A stretch of 62,552 bases of DNA, counting the filler, from Atractiella rhizophila (lineage: Eukaryota): the NCBI GenBank assembly GCA_021432655.1. It is 19 parts of 19 records of this genome, joined end to end, with 100 filler letters (N's around TTAATTAATTAA, not from the genome) between each part and the next. Parts side by side here need not be neighbours in the genome. Positions count along the whole stretch, not along the records: positions 10,771 to 12,078 come from MU272534.1; positions 12,179 to 15,645 come from MU272535.1; positions 15,746 to 19,212 come from MU272536.1; positions 19,313 to 22,777 come from MU272537.1; positions 22,878 to 26,334 come from MU272538.1; 14 more parts are not named here. One strand, 5' to 3'. The notes beneath the pieces are model-generated. The model searched no databases. It had not been told where the DNA came from and saw only the letters and a program-made list of their open reading frames with translations. This document shows positions 11,482 through 25,001 of this stretch, piece by piece. Position numbers and translations under genes: made by a program. Position 1 is the first letter of the stretch, and every line of letters begins with the position of its first letter.

Positions 11482-14400
11482 ATTCTCACGCTCGTGTCTG
11501 ACGTCTGACACGCTGTATTGAAAACACTCAATGATGCCCTATTGACAATTGCAGCCAGGAGAGCTACATGACTCCTCTTGATTCGACGAGGCATATATTG
11601 AGCCCAACACCCATGTCCTTCGTTCCCCTGAAACGTGAAGGACCTTGAAGAATGGCAGCTACTACGCATACCGAACCTCAGCCAGATGATGAAAGTCAAG
11701 GTTCATGTCTAAAATTTGGCGGTCTCAATCAAATCTTGCTATCATAGGGATGTCCTGAGACCTACTTGCTGCAAATGTAACGCAGCGTGTTATTGACGCT
11801 CCAGGTTTCAAGCGCGTCTGAAGGCATGCAAACAAGGTCAACCTGTTGCATTAGCGTTGCGCTAACATGCGCCGACCTGCGCCCCTTAAAAGCTTTGCGA
11901 ACCCTGTTGCCGAAATCTTCTCCCAACCTCAAGAAAAGCCCTATCGTCGCTACAGGACTTCTTCTCGAGCCTTATAAACCCCCGCACAGAACCATCCTCG
12001 CCTGGAACTCTGTAATTTAAAGCAAAAATGAGAGAAGTCATCTCGTGAGTCCCAAGTTTGATTTTTGATGAGAACGGTNNNNNNNNNNNNNNNNNNNNNN
12101 NNNNNNNNNNNNNNNNNNNNNNTTAATTAATTAANNNNNNNNNNNNNNNNNNNNNNNNNNNNNNNNNNNNNNNNNNNNCCACATTCCCTGTTGGCGAAAA
12201 GGTCATTGTTTCCAATTCACGATACAACAGCAGCATCACAACCGGACCTCGGAATCTGCCTCCATTGCCTGCGCCACGTACTTCGATGCGGATTTCAACG
12301 TGAACTGTAGGGCCGGACGACTCTTCCGACCTGAACGTGCCGAAGGAAGGAACTTGGAGTTCACTGGGAGTATTTCGATTTGAGTTTTTCTTGATGAGAA
12401 ACTTCACGATTCACGACTAGCTCCATTATCGCCCGCTCGTTTCAACTATGAGATCGCAGCTCCTCTTCAAATAAAAGACCCTACCTTGGAATAGGCCAAC
12501 TTTTGGAGAAGCCAATGCATGAGGCCACTCAAATCTTTGACATCCCGACGAGAACTTGCAGTGCTGACAACGTGGGACGACGAAGACGTGATGACTGGCC
12601 AGGAATTCAAAATTGTCATGTCCGGTGGTACCTGCCTGTTTTCCTATTCCTATATGTCGTTGATGGTTTGAGTAGATGGAGGTGTTGGCAAGATTTCTTT
12701 GACTCTTCAGTTCTGTCATGACCTTTTTTGGTTGGGGTCAAAAGTCACAATTTTTCGACACCAAAAATCTGTGTTCCATTGAAGGAGCCAGTAAAGGTGT
12801 GACGGGCGACATGCTAGCTGTAAAAACAATACTCTCTACATGCATTATGCACCGTGGAGGTGGATAAGGGATGCGGAAGAAAAGGAAAACTACATAGTAT
12901 CTCTGAAAGATCATCTGTGGCTAGGGAAATGAAACAGTGAAAGGAAAGACCGCGAAAGGCTGACGAAAATGTATCAATTTGAATTGTATAGTTGAAAGTC
13001 ATTGAGGAAAGGAGTTGCCTGCAGATCAACGAATACACTTAGGCATCTTGAAAAAAAAATAGAAACGCACCGTTCTGAGCTTCCATGTCGCGAAGAATCT
13101 CAGCAGTCCTCTTAACGATGTCACCATCAGGGAGGGCTTCGGTGCTTGACGGATCAAGGAAGAAAGCTTTCAGATTCTCCCATGTTAACAGTTGAATTCT
13201 TCCGCCAAGAGCTCTTGCATAGACATAAACTCCTTCTGGGGCAATAGAAATGCTTGACGTCGCTCCTTTAGCCCTATATCAGCGGGTGATACATTGGAAC
13301 GTGCAGATGCATACCTAAATGATTCCTATCCATGTTCACGTCGGTATGTATCACTCTTGTTGGAGAGATCAAGACACAAGCAGGTTCGCACGCTTAAAAG
13401 CTTTTCGGGAACGTACGTGCCTTTCTCTGATGATGAGTTTCTTTGGCTGAGTGAGTGTGTCAAATTGTAATTTGCAAAATTCGCGTCGCCCGTAGTTGAC
13501 GTGACGAGGCAAACGATGAGTTAAATCGCAGACACTTGGATTAGGTTAGCTGGCTTCATCCGCATGTGAAAAAGGACAAAGGGTGATTAACAATCTACCA
13601 GGGGGAAGTAACAGGATCCTGTTTGGTACTCAAAATCATTTGCAATAATAGACATTTGTTCATTAAATTTAAATTCTGAGACAATGGATTAAACTTTTCA
13701 TTAGTGGACTTGACGTAAAGGCAGCATGAAAGAGTTCACCTTTCAATTTAGTTGTGCCTCTGTCAGGTGTAGCTGTGTACACAATCATCACCTAACCTGT
13801 TCGCGATCGATATGAGATTATCGGCAGGTGCGAACGACTTGAACGCGGCTAACGAGCTTCTTGGGCTTCAAAATGTGTGAAAAATCCCTTCCCTATTGAT
13901 CTGAATCGCCCGAATTGAATATTGATGAATGCTGCTGGTTGATGATTCCGCTGTTGATTATGCACCGAAGATTCTGATTTGAAACGGTCACACCGCTGAT
14001 CGTCGCTCTCGGCATCGCCTCAGGTTTGCAGAATCTGCAACGGCCGGCCTACTTCTGAAGCTAAAGAATGCAGAAAATCTCGGCGTGTGCGGCTCTACAC
14101 AACAGCAACGAGACATATGGGGTGTAAGAGGAGCGACGTTTTCCTAAGTAGAAACCTCGATTGTGCTCTCAGCAGTCAACAATCGAGCTGTTTCATCTTA
14201 CAAGCCCTCAAATTGTTCAAGAGTAGATTGGGTATTGTTGTGAACGCACCAATGAGAGCGTTTGCGGGTTCTAACTTGTAGCCCAACTGGCAATACAGAA
14301 CATTTTAACATTTGAAGAATTAGATCCAAAAACCATTCAACGAGTTCCCACTTGTCAGGGTAATTGTCACTGGTCACATGGCATCAATTCAGAGCCTCAT

Positions 14401-16690
14401 GGTAACCCTTGGCATCCTTGACAGCAAGTTTGTCACTCTCCCGTCAGCGTGACATAAACGGCAAGCAGACACTGGCAACGATTAAAGCAAGGAAGATATC
14501 CTCGCCAGCATTGCATTGTTGAGTAGATCTGCTCATGGGTATCATCGCCTTGTATGATGGCGACGTATAACAGAGCTGCTCACTTTGACACGTCACACCC
14601 AGCAGAGTCACGACAACAAATAGTGCACGTCTATCAAAAGCAGACTAATAAGCACCATAACCCACAAACTTCTCTCTTAAAATTCCCTCCGTTCCCAGAG
14701 TTGACGCTGACAGCATCCAAACGGAAAGTCGTGAATCCGACAGCATCTGAAGTTCTGAAGAGGGAGTAGGGTCCAGAAATTATATGCAATAGCATCTGTG
14801 AGCGAAAGGATTTAAATGGAGACGGCATGTAGATAAGCAGCATTGACATCCAGCCGGATAACTTGAAGCAGGATTATGTAACATCATCTTACCTTCCCTG
14901 CTGTTTCATTAAGATCAATATTCGAGTCTGTGCACCGAGTCGTCTTTCCATCCTTTCTATCCTTGAAGTCCAGCAATGGTACCTCCTCTTTTTCCAGGCT
15001 AGACCTCATCCTCACGGTCCCACGTCTCAGAATAATCCTCCTCCTGGGCCCCATCAACCCTCAGAATTTCTTCCATGCCTTCTCGGCACGCAATCGCACC
15101 TCCACATCCAATTCCTATGCTGCTCCTTCCGAGAACGTCACTCTCTCCTCCATCATCTGCGGACACCCATTAGAATATCTCCAATGGGTTCCTTCCGAAG
15201 AGGTCGAACGAAGTCATGAATTAGAAAAGACCGGCAACAGCGTGGAGAATGGAACGGGGAGAGCGTATGGAGTACAGGTCGTTATTTCTGCAGTTTCAGA
15301 GAACCCTGAAGACTCCCAATCCACCACCAGCAGAGGCGATGGGATAGCAATTATTCTTTTTTGGGAAGATGTGGTCCAACCTGAGTTCTCAATCCTCTTA
15401 TTCGAGAGGCTTGGAGCACAGGGAACAAGAGATTGTGTTTTGATGGTGAATGCCTCATCAATTACATCAGAGATGCTGGGCTTAAGTTCTGATCACTGAA
15501 GCGCATTCACTGTCGGAAACAGTCGCAGAAATTGTGTTGTCGCGGTGTGGTGGTCATATGGGCTTGAGTAGCACTCGTGAATCATTGCCTGCTCCATCCA
15601 ATCCAAGCACATTGATAAGGTGTTCCTCTTGTTGTGATCAATTATNNNNNNNNNNNNNNNNNNNNNNNNNNNNNNNNNNNNNNNNNNNNTTAATTAATTA
15701 ANNNNNNNNNNNNNNNNNNNNNNNNNNNNNNNNNNNNNNNNNNNNCTATTGCACAATCCTCCGCTGAAAACGTTGGTCTGGACGCAATAGTTGATCTTCA
15801 GACTCTCGACCACTTTTTTCAGCTTCCTTTCATTCCCAATCTGCTCATGACGAATACCAGTAGCTCTTAATAGTCACATTAAGAGAGATTCGCATACAAA
15901 ACATTCAGTTAGACGCAAATCGCAGCATCATCTTTGCCCACCGAGTCACCCCTTTGACCCGAGAGCTGTAGTTATTCGACTCAAAAGAAGAAATTATCCC
16001 TTTTTACATGGAAGCATATCCTTGCCCAACTCAAAAGTGATAAAAGCGTGAATGTAAGAACAAGGCAAGATGGGCTTCATTGTGGGTATGCTGCACACTC
16101 GTTCTGTCGGGGCTGATAGATACACTTTCTGTCCCGAAGACCTCTCCTTTCGAGAATAAATAGCGGCAGCTTCATTGACATGACCAAAAAGCAATCGATA
16201 CATAATGAAGGAAGATATTGAACCTTCCGCTTTGTCACCGCTACATATGATAATACCTATTAGGACAAGCCAAAGACGCGCATTTATCGTCGCCGCCGTT
16301 ACTGCGAATTTGGAGAGTAGAAAGACCTCCAGTGCTGTCGGTCCAAGTTGCTATTTAGCACAAGGAAACTCGGACGTAGGAATTCTACGATTATGATTCA
16401 TTTTCTCCTTTTCTTGCCCATCGCAACGAGACTTTTCAACTGCCCTTACGAAGACATGCAATGCCCCCGTCCCTCTACTGCATACGCAACATGACCTGTC
16501 ATCCAACAGGACAGCAAGGAAGCCAAAACCTTTCATTCGTCAAACAACGGCTGAATTGTCATGCACAATCAACTCTGGGTTCAGGATAAGAGGTTAAGGT
16601 GCAACTCGTCTCGACAGTGGCATGTCAAATAGCAGCAAAAAGGGGATGAAAAGGTTTGTCAAACAAAACGATGCCGAACGAGAAACGCAC

Positions 16691-17000
16691 CAGGATCAGT
16701 AGCTGGATACTCCATTGTCTCTGTCTTTGGAGCGATGGCGAGCGCACTCTTGTAGGTCTCATTGGCGAGGATAGCATCATAGATTTTCTGTGCCTCCGAG
16801 TCGCCGGATACGATTTTTGCGGTTGTCACTTCAACCCAATTGGTCATTTGGGGTTTTGAAGGGAGAGAAAGAGACGTACGAGGGACGGGAAAGAGGTCAG
16901 CGATGGACGTTGCGTGTGCGAGGGCTTGAGAGGAGTCGAGCGCATCACCGCATTGTGCGTTGACTGACGCGAGGAATGGGAGGAGGAGAAGTGGGAGCAT
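16691..17000 (-). pseudogene. First exon of a secreted chitin-deacetylase-like gene; downstream exons not found
   Basis: Signal peptide MLPLLLLPFLASVNA. TAKIVSGDSEAQKIY...YPATDP resembles basidiomycete CDA N-terminal regions. A GTGCGT donor follows, but no CWWT or FDDGP exon is visible. Confidence 0.45.
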
Positions 17001-17481
17001 TCTCGTTTCTTTACGGTTGTTTTATTGAGGTTCGAGGTGAACTAGCTGGGAGGCAAAGAATGAAAAGAGTGTGGTGAGTAGTCCCGCTCAGCTGATTGTC
17101 GATTCTCGCGGCGAAGTCGATGTGGCAGAAAGGGAAAAAGGGGAGGGTGGGAGTTAAGGGCCATGAAAAAGGCTTGGAGGGAGCGTCTTGGCTGCATTTC
17201 TGTGACGAGTTATTAAGCGAAAGAAACTTGGCGTTGGTTGCATTTCACTTTCACGTGGCGTTTACAGATCCCCTTGTTTGATGTTGCGCACAATGACTCG
17301 GAACCTGCTCAAGTCGAATTCGAAAAAGTAGTGTCAGTGTCTGGGCATGCCTCCCATTGAAGGCGGTAGCTACCGAAATGTGGATGCGGCAAGTGATGGT
17401 GTGAAGTCAAACTGCGCTGCATGCTGTCCTTTATCGTAGAATCCTCTTGTAACGCTTGGATTAATGATCTTAAGTTGTGCA

Positions 17482-17554
17482 AATCGATTGCTGATAGGTG
17501 ATCAACTTGTCTACTAGAATCGATTGCTGATAGGTGATCAACTTGTCTACTAGA
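17482..17554. repeat. Perfect 36-bp tandem duplication
   Basis: AATCGATTGCTGATAGGTGATCAACTTGTCTACTAG, two copies. Confidence 0.95.
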
Positions 17555-19312
17555 CTCAGCACGTAATATTCGAATTTTGGCCCATATATAGATGGACATG
17601 GCGCTCCTAATCGACGTCTTGACACACAGAAATATCAAACTCAGCCGACCATCTCCTCCATCGATCCTCAGTTTCTCGCGCAAACCACGAAAGGAGCAGG
17701 TCCGTTCCACGAACCGTCATTCATATCCACGATACCAGGATATCTCTTAAGCTCAGACAAGGACGCCTTACAAATACATTGTTCCTGACCATTTTACCTT
17801 CGAGACCTCTTCCATTCAAGGTTGGAGGGTGACCATCACTCAGATCTTCTGCAGTGGATACGCTACGGTGAGGATTCATACCAAGATGAAGGCGGCACTT
17901 TTCATTCTCACCTTTCGAACAAATGATTCGGGATGGGGTTTTCAACAGCTCTTTGTTGAACCGATTCGTCCAGAGACCACGCCAGGGACCACAGTCTCCA
18001 CCGTTGAGGGCCAAGGTAGATGGCCACGCTCAACCTGCTTTGACTACGAAAATCTACAGTCACTTTCATTCGTTGGTAAATTCAGTCGAGAAATCGATAT
18101 GGCATCGTGGGGTTCCTCACTTCGGTTTTGAAGGTTGTCTGAGCTTTTACTACGTGAGGCTGTAGGTGTCAGCAATTTGTTCCTTTGATACTATCGAGGA
18201 CACCGCAACTGAAGGTCCTGCGTGGAGACTTGGTAGCATCCAGACTGCGAGCTATGTGCCAGGTCAGCTCCGTATCGATTACATACCCTCAAGATGTGAG
18301 AATTTTTCGTCACAGTATGACCGACGGTCAGAACGTATGTGGTGGACCATACTCTGAACCTCTGAGCCACTGTAGAGACATGTCATTTTATCCTCTCAGA
18401 GCCAATAATCGGATGGTTATGCAATTGGAAAATGGAGGATGGATTCTATCTGTGGATAACGTGAAAAAACAAGCAATGATCATGACGACTGCGACTAGGT
18501 TGGATTGACAATCGCCTCCTCTTCAGCATCGCGGACATTATCGACAAATTCAACAGGCTCGTGGGTGTCAACGGGAGGACCAGAAACGACCTCATATTTG
18601 AGTCTACCGTAGCATTCAACAATGACCAACGCTGTCGAAACCGCTATACCGTCCCATTCAGCCTTTGCTGGACATAAATATATTAGACATACCCGTGTAC
18701 AGTCCCAGAAAGGAGATGTTTGAGATGTTAAGCAGGGGGAAAAGCGCAAATGCCACCACAACTGCCAATCGTATGACAATTCGTACCTCGCGAGTTAACA
18801 AGGACGAGCCTGCGGCATCAAGACTGCGATGCAATGCCCCAATGATGGTCATGCCTGCACAACAATCAGCATCTACCGACACAATAATGTATGAGGCGAA
18901 CTGAGTAGAGCAACGCTCAGGCTTCCTCCATAATACCTGCAAACCTCATCAGCGTTCGGTTTGAAGGCAGCAAAAACACTTGCCATCTCACTCCTGAGCT
19001 GGACTCGCCTTCCACGACCAAGACTTTTAGGCCTGAACTGGCAAGGATCTGGTTTCGATTGAGTCAAATCCAATCTCGGCGATTCGCAAACCCACCAATG
19101 AGCTAACGAGGGGGAGATGTGCATGTGTGAATGACCATGAGGTGAACCAATGGCGTCTGCAACCCTTCTAAATACTAGATGCACCCAAATGTCAAAGCAT
19201 TACCTGAACGCANNNNNNNNNNNNNNNNNNNNNNNNNNNNNNNNNNNNNNNNNNNNTTAATTAATTAANNNNNNNNNNNNNNNNNNNNNNNNNNNNNNNN
19301 NNNNNNNNNNNN

Positions 19313-19761
19313 GTGAAGAAGAGGATCAGAGAGCGGGGAAGGAGCTTAAGGGCATGGGTTCAGACGAAAATGGAGAGGAGTATGGTGTTCTCGTTGATCT
19401 CCCATTGCGTGAAGGCATTGAGGATAGCCTCCATGAAATTGACCGGTTCTCTGCTATCAAGCTCAAAAAGGACCCTGACCCTCTCAAATGGTGGAAGGTT
19501 AGATGCCTTCTATTTTCTTTATTCTAGTTACTTAATTGATGCTTTGTTTAGCAATATGAGGATTCATATCCCATTCTACAGTTCATTGCCAGAGATCTTC
19601 TTGCAATACCAGCCTCAACAGCTGGTGTTGAGCGACTTTTCTCATGGGCAAAGTTTATCAATACAAACCAACGAGGCTCAATGTCAGCGGAAACTCTTTC
19701 AGAGACCATGACAACGAAGGCATGGTTAATGCAAGGTGTCAAGAAACCGCAGATATGGTGA
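19313..19761 (+). CDS. hAT transposase C-terminal dimerization domain (spliced; intron 19498-19551)
   Basis: DPLKWWK|QYEDSYPILQFIARDLLAIPASTAGVERLFS...RGSMSAETL is the canonical hATC motif. Stop codon at 19759-19761. Confidence 0.9.
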
Positions 19762-19934
19762 CTCCATTTTTTTCTGTTCCGTATGCCATATACACCGTAT
19801 ACTGTACCTTCTGTACCAGTAAACATTTTGGAAATTAACTTCATTTCACTTCCATACCCATATCGCTTGAAAAGAAGCATGTATAGCCAGTATTAGTACT
19901 GCAATACCCATATACTCTACAGGTGGGAGCACTG
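19313..19934 (+). mobile_element. 3' end of a hAT DNA transposon with right TIR
   Basis: CCGTAT/CCATA subterminal repeats follow the transposase stop. The segment ends ...GGTGGGAGCACTG (reverse complement CAGTGCTCCC, a hAT-like terminus). Confidence 0.6.
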
Positions 19935-21367
19935 CCACAGACGGGACGGCTTCTGACCCCGCGGCCTTCCTGAGGCTGCAAAACGAATTTATCGATTATT
20001 GGGTATATTTTCTTCTACGATTTTGAACAGGAACTTACCTTTCTTCCAAGGTCAACTTCATCAATAAAAGACCCCAACGGAAACACAGGTAAGCTTCATT
20101 ACATCTCTTCCATACTTCAATCGACCACTCGATGATCGGGTCTGGCCTATCAACAGTGCCAGCATGGCCTTCGTACTCCACCGGCCAGGATATCCAGTTC
20201 ACTGCTGTGAACTGCACTGCTCCTATCAGTGATGACTTCAGGAAAACAGCGACTACTTTGATTGCTGGCAATTCAAGGAAAAACTTCGATTCACAAGTAA
20301 CTCCAACCGTGAAATGGTGAATAAATTCACCAGTTACCGATAATGAAGATCGTGAAGAATTTGGTTGACGAAACCATTCTCAAGATGAAGAAGATGGTGT
20401 CTCAAGAAATCCGAGAGTGGGGAGTGAGAAACCTCATGGCTGGACATAAAGTCTTTCGTCTTTATGAGGGGGATGAGAATGTAAGAAGAAACCTCATTGC
20501 TGTTTTTGAACATGCTGCAGGCAACTATATCGACACGAAAGTGGCAGCTAGAGAGCAGAAGAGGAGAGAAAGGTCTACTTTGTCCTCTTGATCTTAAAAC
20601 ACAGCTAGTTGATTGATTCTTTAACAGAACACATCAAAGGATGATGACGAGGACGAAGCTGAGGATGTTGTCACCTCCACAGGTTTTTTGCGTTGTCTTA
20701 CAACATGTTCATTTACTGATGGTATGAGCAGTTCCTCAAAAAATCAGATCACAGTCCCCCAGAACCATTGTCATCCTCCACTACCACTGAGGTACCAGTC
20801 AGAGAAGGGTGTGTAGACTTGCTTTTCCCATAGTAATCTTGAATGATCACTTGTGATAGGAATGATATGATAGCTGCTGAAGGTCAGAACACTCCAGCAG
20901 GTGGTCGTCAAAGTGAATCAACTTGAGAGTCTCAACCTTCAACCAGTATGATGCAGGCTCTCTTAGCAGGGATGACTGGTGCAGGGATTGAAGAAACCAA
21001 CCCGACCGTCACTCCTTCAACCACGACCAGCAAAGCAGTAGCAACACAGCACGCGCGATAGCTAGCGGCAATGAAGACAACTTAGCAACAAATAGTAGCG
21101 ATGACGATGGCACTATGGTTTCGCATGCCCTCACTTCTCATCTCATTGGCACTCGTGTGGACAATATAACTTCTAATACGACCAAGGTTAGAGAGACAGG
21201 AGTTGCAAGCAGAACCAGAAAGAGAAAGGGAAGAGAACAGGAGGGGATGTAGAAGGTGTTAGTAACAAGAAGAAGAAGAAAGGCGCAAAGAGCCTCAGAC
21301 ACTTCGAGTCGTGACAAGCAACATTAGTTCCCAAGACAGTACGCCGATCCACATTTCCGTTACCACT

Positions 21368-22560
21368 CTAATGAGTAAGGATTGCCAGCCTTGTATGAGC
21401 ACTTCTGAGCAACATAAACATAGTTAGGGAATCGTCTAAGCGATGGTATTCGGCAGGCTTTGTTTGTGCATGAACAAGACCAATTCGGTATTCTTTGGAG
21501 AGGTCAAGAGGGAAGGCTATGATTATCTTCTTTAGGTGATTTAGCAAGCCATGGTATTGGAGGATGGTGAATGAAAGACAGGGAGTTGTAATTGTTGACA
21601 TGCGAATTGTTGCATCTCCGAATGCCTGTAGCTACTTGCAAACAATCCTGACTCCTTCCCAATCAGCTTCAGACAGGTATTCATCCTCGTCCAGTTCATA
21701 ATGTTTGTAGTATCGGTCAATAGCAGGTCTACATCTGTTAGCTAGATCCAACATCTCATGGGTTGAGCCCAACGAGTTCGGACATTGAGAATCAACATTC
21801 TTAGTATAGTGTGGGACATACTCTCTAGCTCAGTTAAAGCTTTCTCAAGCTCCTGGATCCAGTTGTTGCGACGATTCGGGAACTACGGATGCCTCTTATT
21901 AAAGCGCAAAGCTGACAACTGGGACTGAGATTCACAATTTGAATGGAAATGGGAAGAAATGACAGACATACTTTAGGGATAGCACCCTTGAAGGCACTGA
22001 TCTCATCCTCCAAATACTCATCCTCCACCCTTTCCGCATCATTGTGAACTGCTCCAACTTTCTCTGATACGCATTCTTGATAACTTTTTGTTCACTTCTT
22101 CCTCTTTCCATCAGAATCAGGTTTAGCCCACACTCCAAGGGAATTAAGGACAGCAAGGACATCAAGATAGATGATGTGGGGGAAGCATTGAATCCGTCAC
22201 TCCTTTGTATCAAATGGAATGCCTCAAGAAGCACATGTACTAGAGGTAGTTGAGGAGGTCATCAAAGTGTGGATATTCGACAAGCTGAAAAGGCTGATCG
22301 ATGGTTATGAAAAAAATTAATCAATAAGTTTTTGAACTTTGTCTGGTTGAAACCCTGTAACCGAGAAGTAAAAGTCATGTACGATAGAGAGAAGGATGAA
22401 GTACCTGATCTCCGAAGCGAGCCATGTCCTGCAGCTGGTCAACCGGTGAACGCTGAGGATTTTTTGTTATTGTATTGTTGGAAGTTGTCTACATCCAATT
22501 TCAGCTTCAGCTTCAGCTTTCGGTTAGTTCAGCCCTTCTTGACGATCTGCAGGAATCCTA
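21368..22560 (-). pseudogene. Decayed hAT transposase
   Basis: IDQPFQLVEYPHF, LCALIRGIRSS, NVRTRW/STHEMLDLA (DV.TRWNST-like), LSEADWEGVRIVC and FGDATIRMS...PCLS, with stops and frameshifts. Confidence 0.75.
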
Positions 22561-22877
22561 TACTCTAAGATTCATCAGTTCTTGGCATGAGTCATAAGAC
22601 ACACTTTTGAGCCCTTACACCTCCCTCACCATATACAATAGATTGAAATGTATTATACCATCATATCCCATATGCTTGCCCCTTTCTGAACCTGCAAGGA
22701 AATTTTATTCTGAAAAGGTTGAAAAATGCGTTTTGTACTGGACTCGAACCCTTGAAAGCAAGAAAATAGCCAACTCTNNNNNNNNNNNNNNNNNNNNNNN
22801 NNNNNNNNNNNNNNNNNNNNNTTAATTAATTAANNNNNNNNNNNNNNNNNNNNNNNNNNNNNNNNNNNNNNNNNNNN

Positions 22878-23117
22878 AAAGGTCTTGAAGACTGGAAGGA
22901 TGGCACTGGGCCAGGACGTAAACTTCCGGCAATGACGAGTAGTTGGGCAAAGAGGTGCACGGCTCTTCGGAAGACAATTGACGAGCGCAAAGATGTGGAC
23001 GTCATTCGGGGCCAGTTGTATGAGTTTGCGATGTTGAAAGGAGGCTGGGATCGAAAGGAGAAGGAGAGCCGGATTGGGAGGATTACTACACGATGGAGAG
23101 TGATGCGGCGGAGGTAG
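22878..23117 (+). CDS. C-terminal fragment of a possible GCR1_C-like (Crypton-associated) protein
   Basis: Open from the contig start. EDWKDG...LPAMTSSW...RK...RK loosely matches the GCR1_C pattern EW..G...P......W...RK. Confidence 0.25.
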   Translation, partial: KGLEDWKDGTGPGRKLPAMTSSWAKRCTALRKTIDERKDVDVIRGQLYEFAMLKGGWDRKEKESRIGRITTRWRVMRRR

Positions 23118-23760
23118 CAAAGAGGATTAAAAGTATGCCATTCATTCTTGTGCATATTCAACATTCTCACTCGCTTTCTTGTCAAGTATTGGCATAGAGC
23201 GGTGCGACTTGTACATAGAATCGCTTGTATATGATCATTCGGTATATAACATTTTATTGTATCTTTCCTAGCAGTCAAAAAGCGCGAAAGCGAGCAAGAA
23301 ACGGAAAAGGAGGAAACGGTTTGGCAAAGCCTCCACCCAGGCTTTATGTCGCCTGGAGGAGTCAACATGTGTTCGAGGAGGACCATGGAGGCTGCTGGAG
23401 GCATGGAGGCGAGGGAGGACCGCTGAATCCGCGTCCCTCCAGGAGGCGAATGGATTCCTAGTGCCCGCCTCCAGCGGCCTCTAGATTCCTGGCGCGTGCC
23501 TCCTATCTGGGGGGCTTCCCTCAGCTCCCTCGGATGCCTCCTCGCCCCCTCCGAGCGGCGAATTGAGGAGAAAAGACATTTTACTGATGCTGGTGGACGA
23601 GCTCTTGCAAAACGCATGAGCACCAGTTTACGATAATAATGTTTGTTTTGTGCAGAAGCTTGAAGCCCACGACCCGCTTGCCCATATAGTGCGCAAACAG
23701 CAATTTGTTCCTGCAACCTTTAGGAATTGGTGATCACATACATACATGAGCATGAGTTTA

Positions 23761-25001
23761 CTACATAATACCCAGATCTTTGCCTTTCACCGGCATACTT
23801 GATTCATCCTTTGCTTCCTCCGCCACGACCGCAATACCTTCATCGACAAAAAGAGTTGTAGTCCAGCTGACGATATAGAGAGCCCATCCAGTGGCGGCAA
23901 GTACGAAGCCAGCAAGGGCGAACGCCACCTTGCTTCTCTGCGGAATGTTAGGATGTGACGCGACTGAGGCTGCAACAGCTGCCGAAGCGACGAAAAATGC
24001 CGAGTAGCGTTTGAGGGAGCTGATTCTCCTGAAGAAATTTGAGCGATTAAGATTTCGCGATGACCAGTCTGATGGGGCGATGTCGAGTATAAGTCGTCGC
24101 ATTTTCTTCTCCAAGATTTCGACGAAGATGCCAGAAATGAAGAGAAGGCAAGATGCGAAAGCTGTGACTGTTGCGGAAACGGCAAAGCCGCTCCTGACCT
24201 CGATAGAAAAGGTTGGATTCGCGGCGACTGAGACCGCAAGAGCGGAAAAAGCGAGAGCAGGATTGAAGACCTTCCTCACTTCTCGCAGGCGTCTGGCGAG
24301 CTGTGTTAATCGCAAGTATGCGTCATAACGGGCTGAAGCATTGGGGATCTTGCCACCGTTATCCTGTTGGATACGGTGACGGCGCTCCAATAGCTCAGGC
24401 CGTCGGACTGAAGTGAAAGTGAGGCTGCGATGCACTAAATAAACCTTTTCTTCCGCGGCATGATTCAGACGATCCAGTTGGAAAAGGTCTGAAATTTCCC
24501 CTCTTGCAACAACATCTTCACTTGGGTCCTCGCAAATGACCTGGAACGACGATCGAACGTGAAGATCCGAATTTTTAAAGTTGGTGTAAAGGATGTTGAG
24601 TTCAAAACGTGCGAGGGGATAAGTGTAATCATCGTATATTCGTGAGGCGTCGTATGTCACCGACCTTTCACTTCCATCTCGGAAACTGATATGCCACAAT
24701 GACTGACTCGTTGGGGAATGGTATGACAAAAACTCCTGTCGACTCATTGCTTCTCCATCAAGTCCCAAGAACACTAGAAAGTTCGCATTCAGCATGTCCA
24801 AATGCAACGAGAAACGGATGTACACAGCGTCTTTCGTGTTGTATCCTCTGCTTTCAAGCTAGGAGGTAATCCGTTGAAACTTGCTGTATCCGTTGAATAT
24901 GCGCTTGTAGAGCTTGTTGAAAAAGCGTTTGTCAAGTTTTTGGCGCCAGGGTCGACATGTTCCTCCTCAGTCGGACCTGGTGACTGTTGTGAAAGTGGCA
25001 T
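23761..25001 (-). CDS. Orphan membrane protein with a tandemly duplicated two-TM hairpin (2 exons; intron 24774-24823)
   Basis: ATG at 25001; a 50-nt GT-AG intron with a GCTGAAT branch site joins it in frame to ORF 23761..24825. Four hydrophobic helices in two similar units. Confidence 0.7.

Noticed and set aside
14863..15499. Overlapping ORFs as a KDZ or other transposase
   Set aside because: No convincing catalytic motifs in any frame.
22826..23716. 296-aa minus-strand ORF
   Set aside because: No recognisable motifs. It crosses a GC-rich repeat patch, is antisense to a more plausible fragment and runs into Ns.
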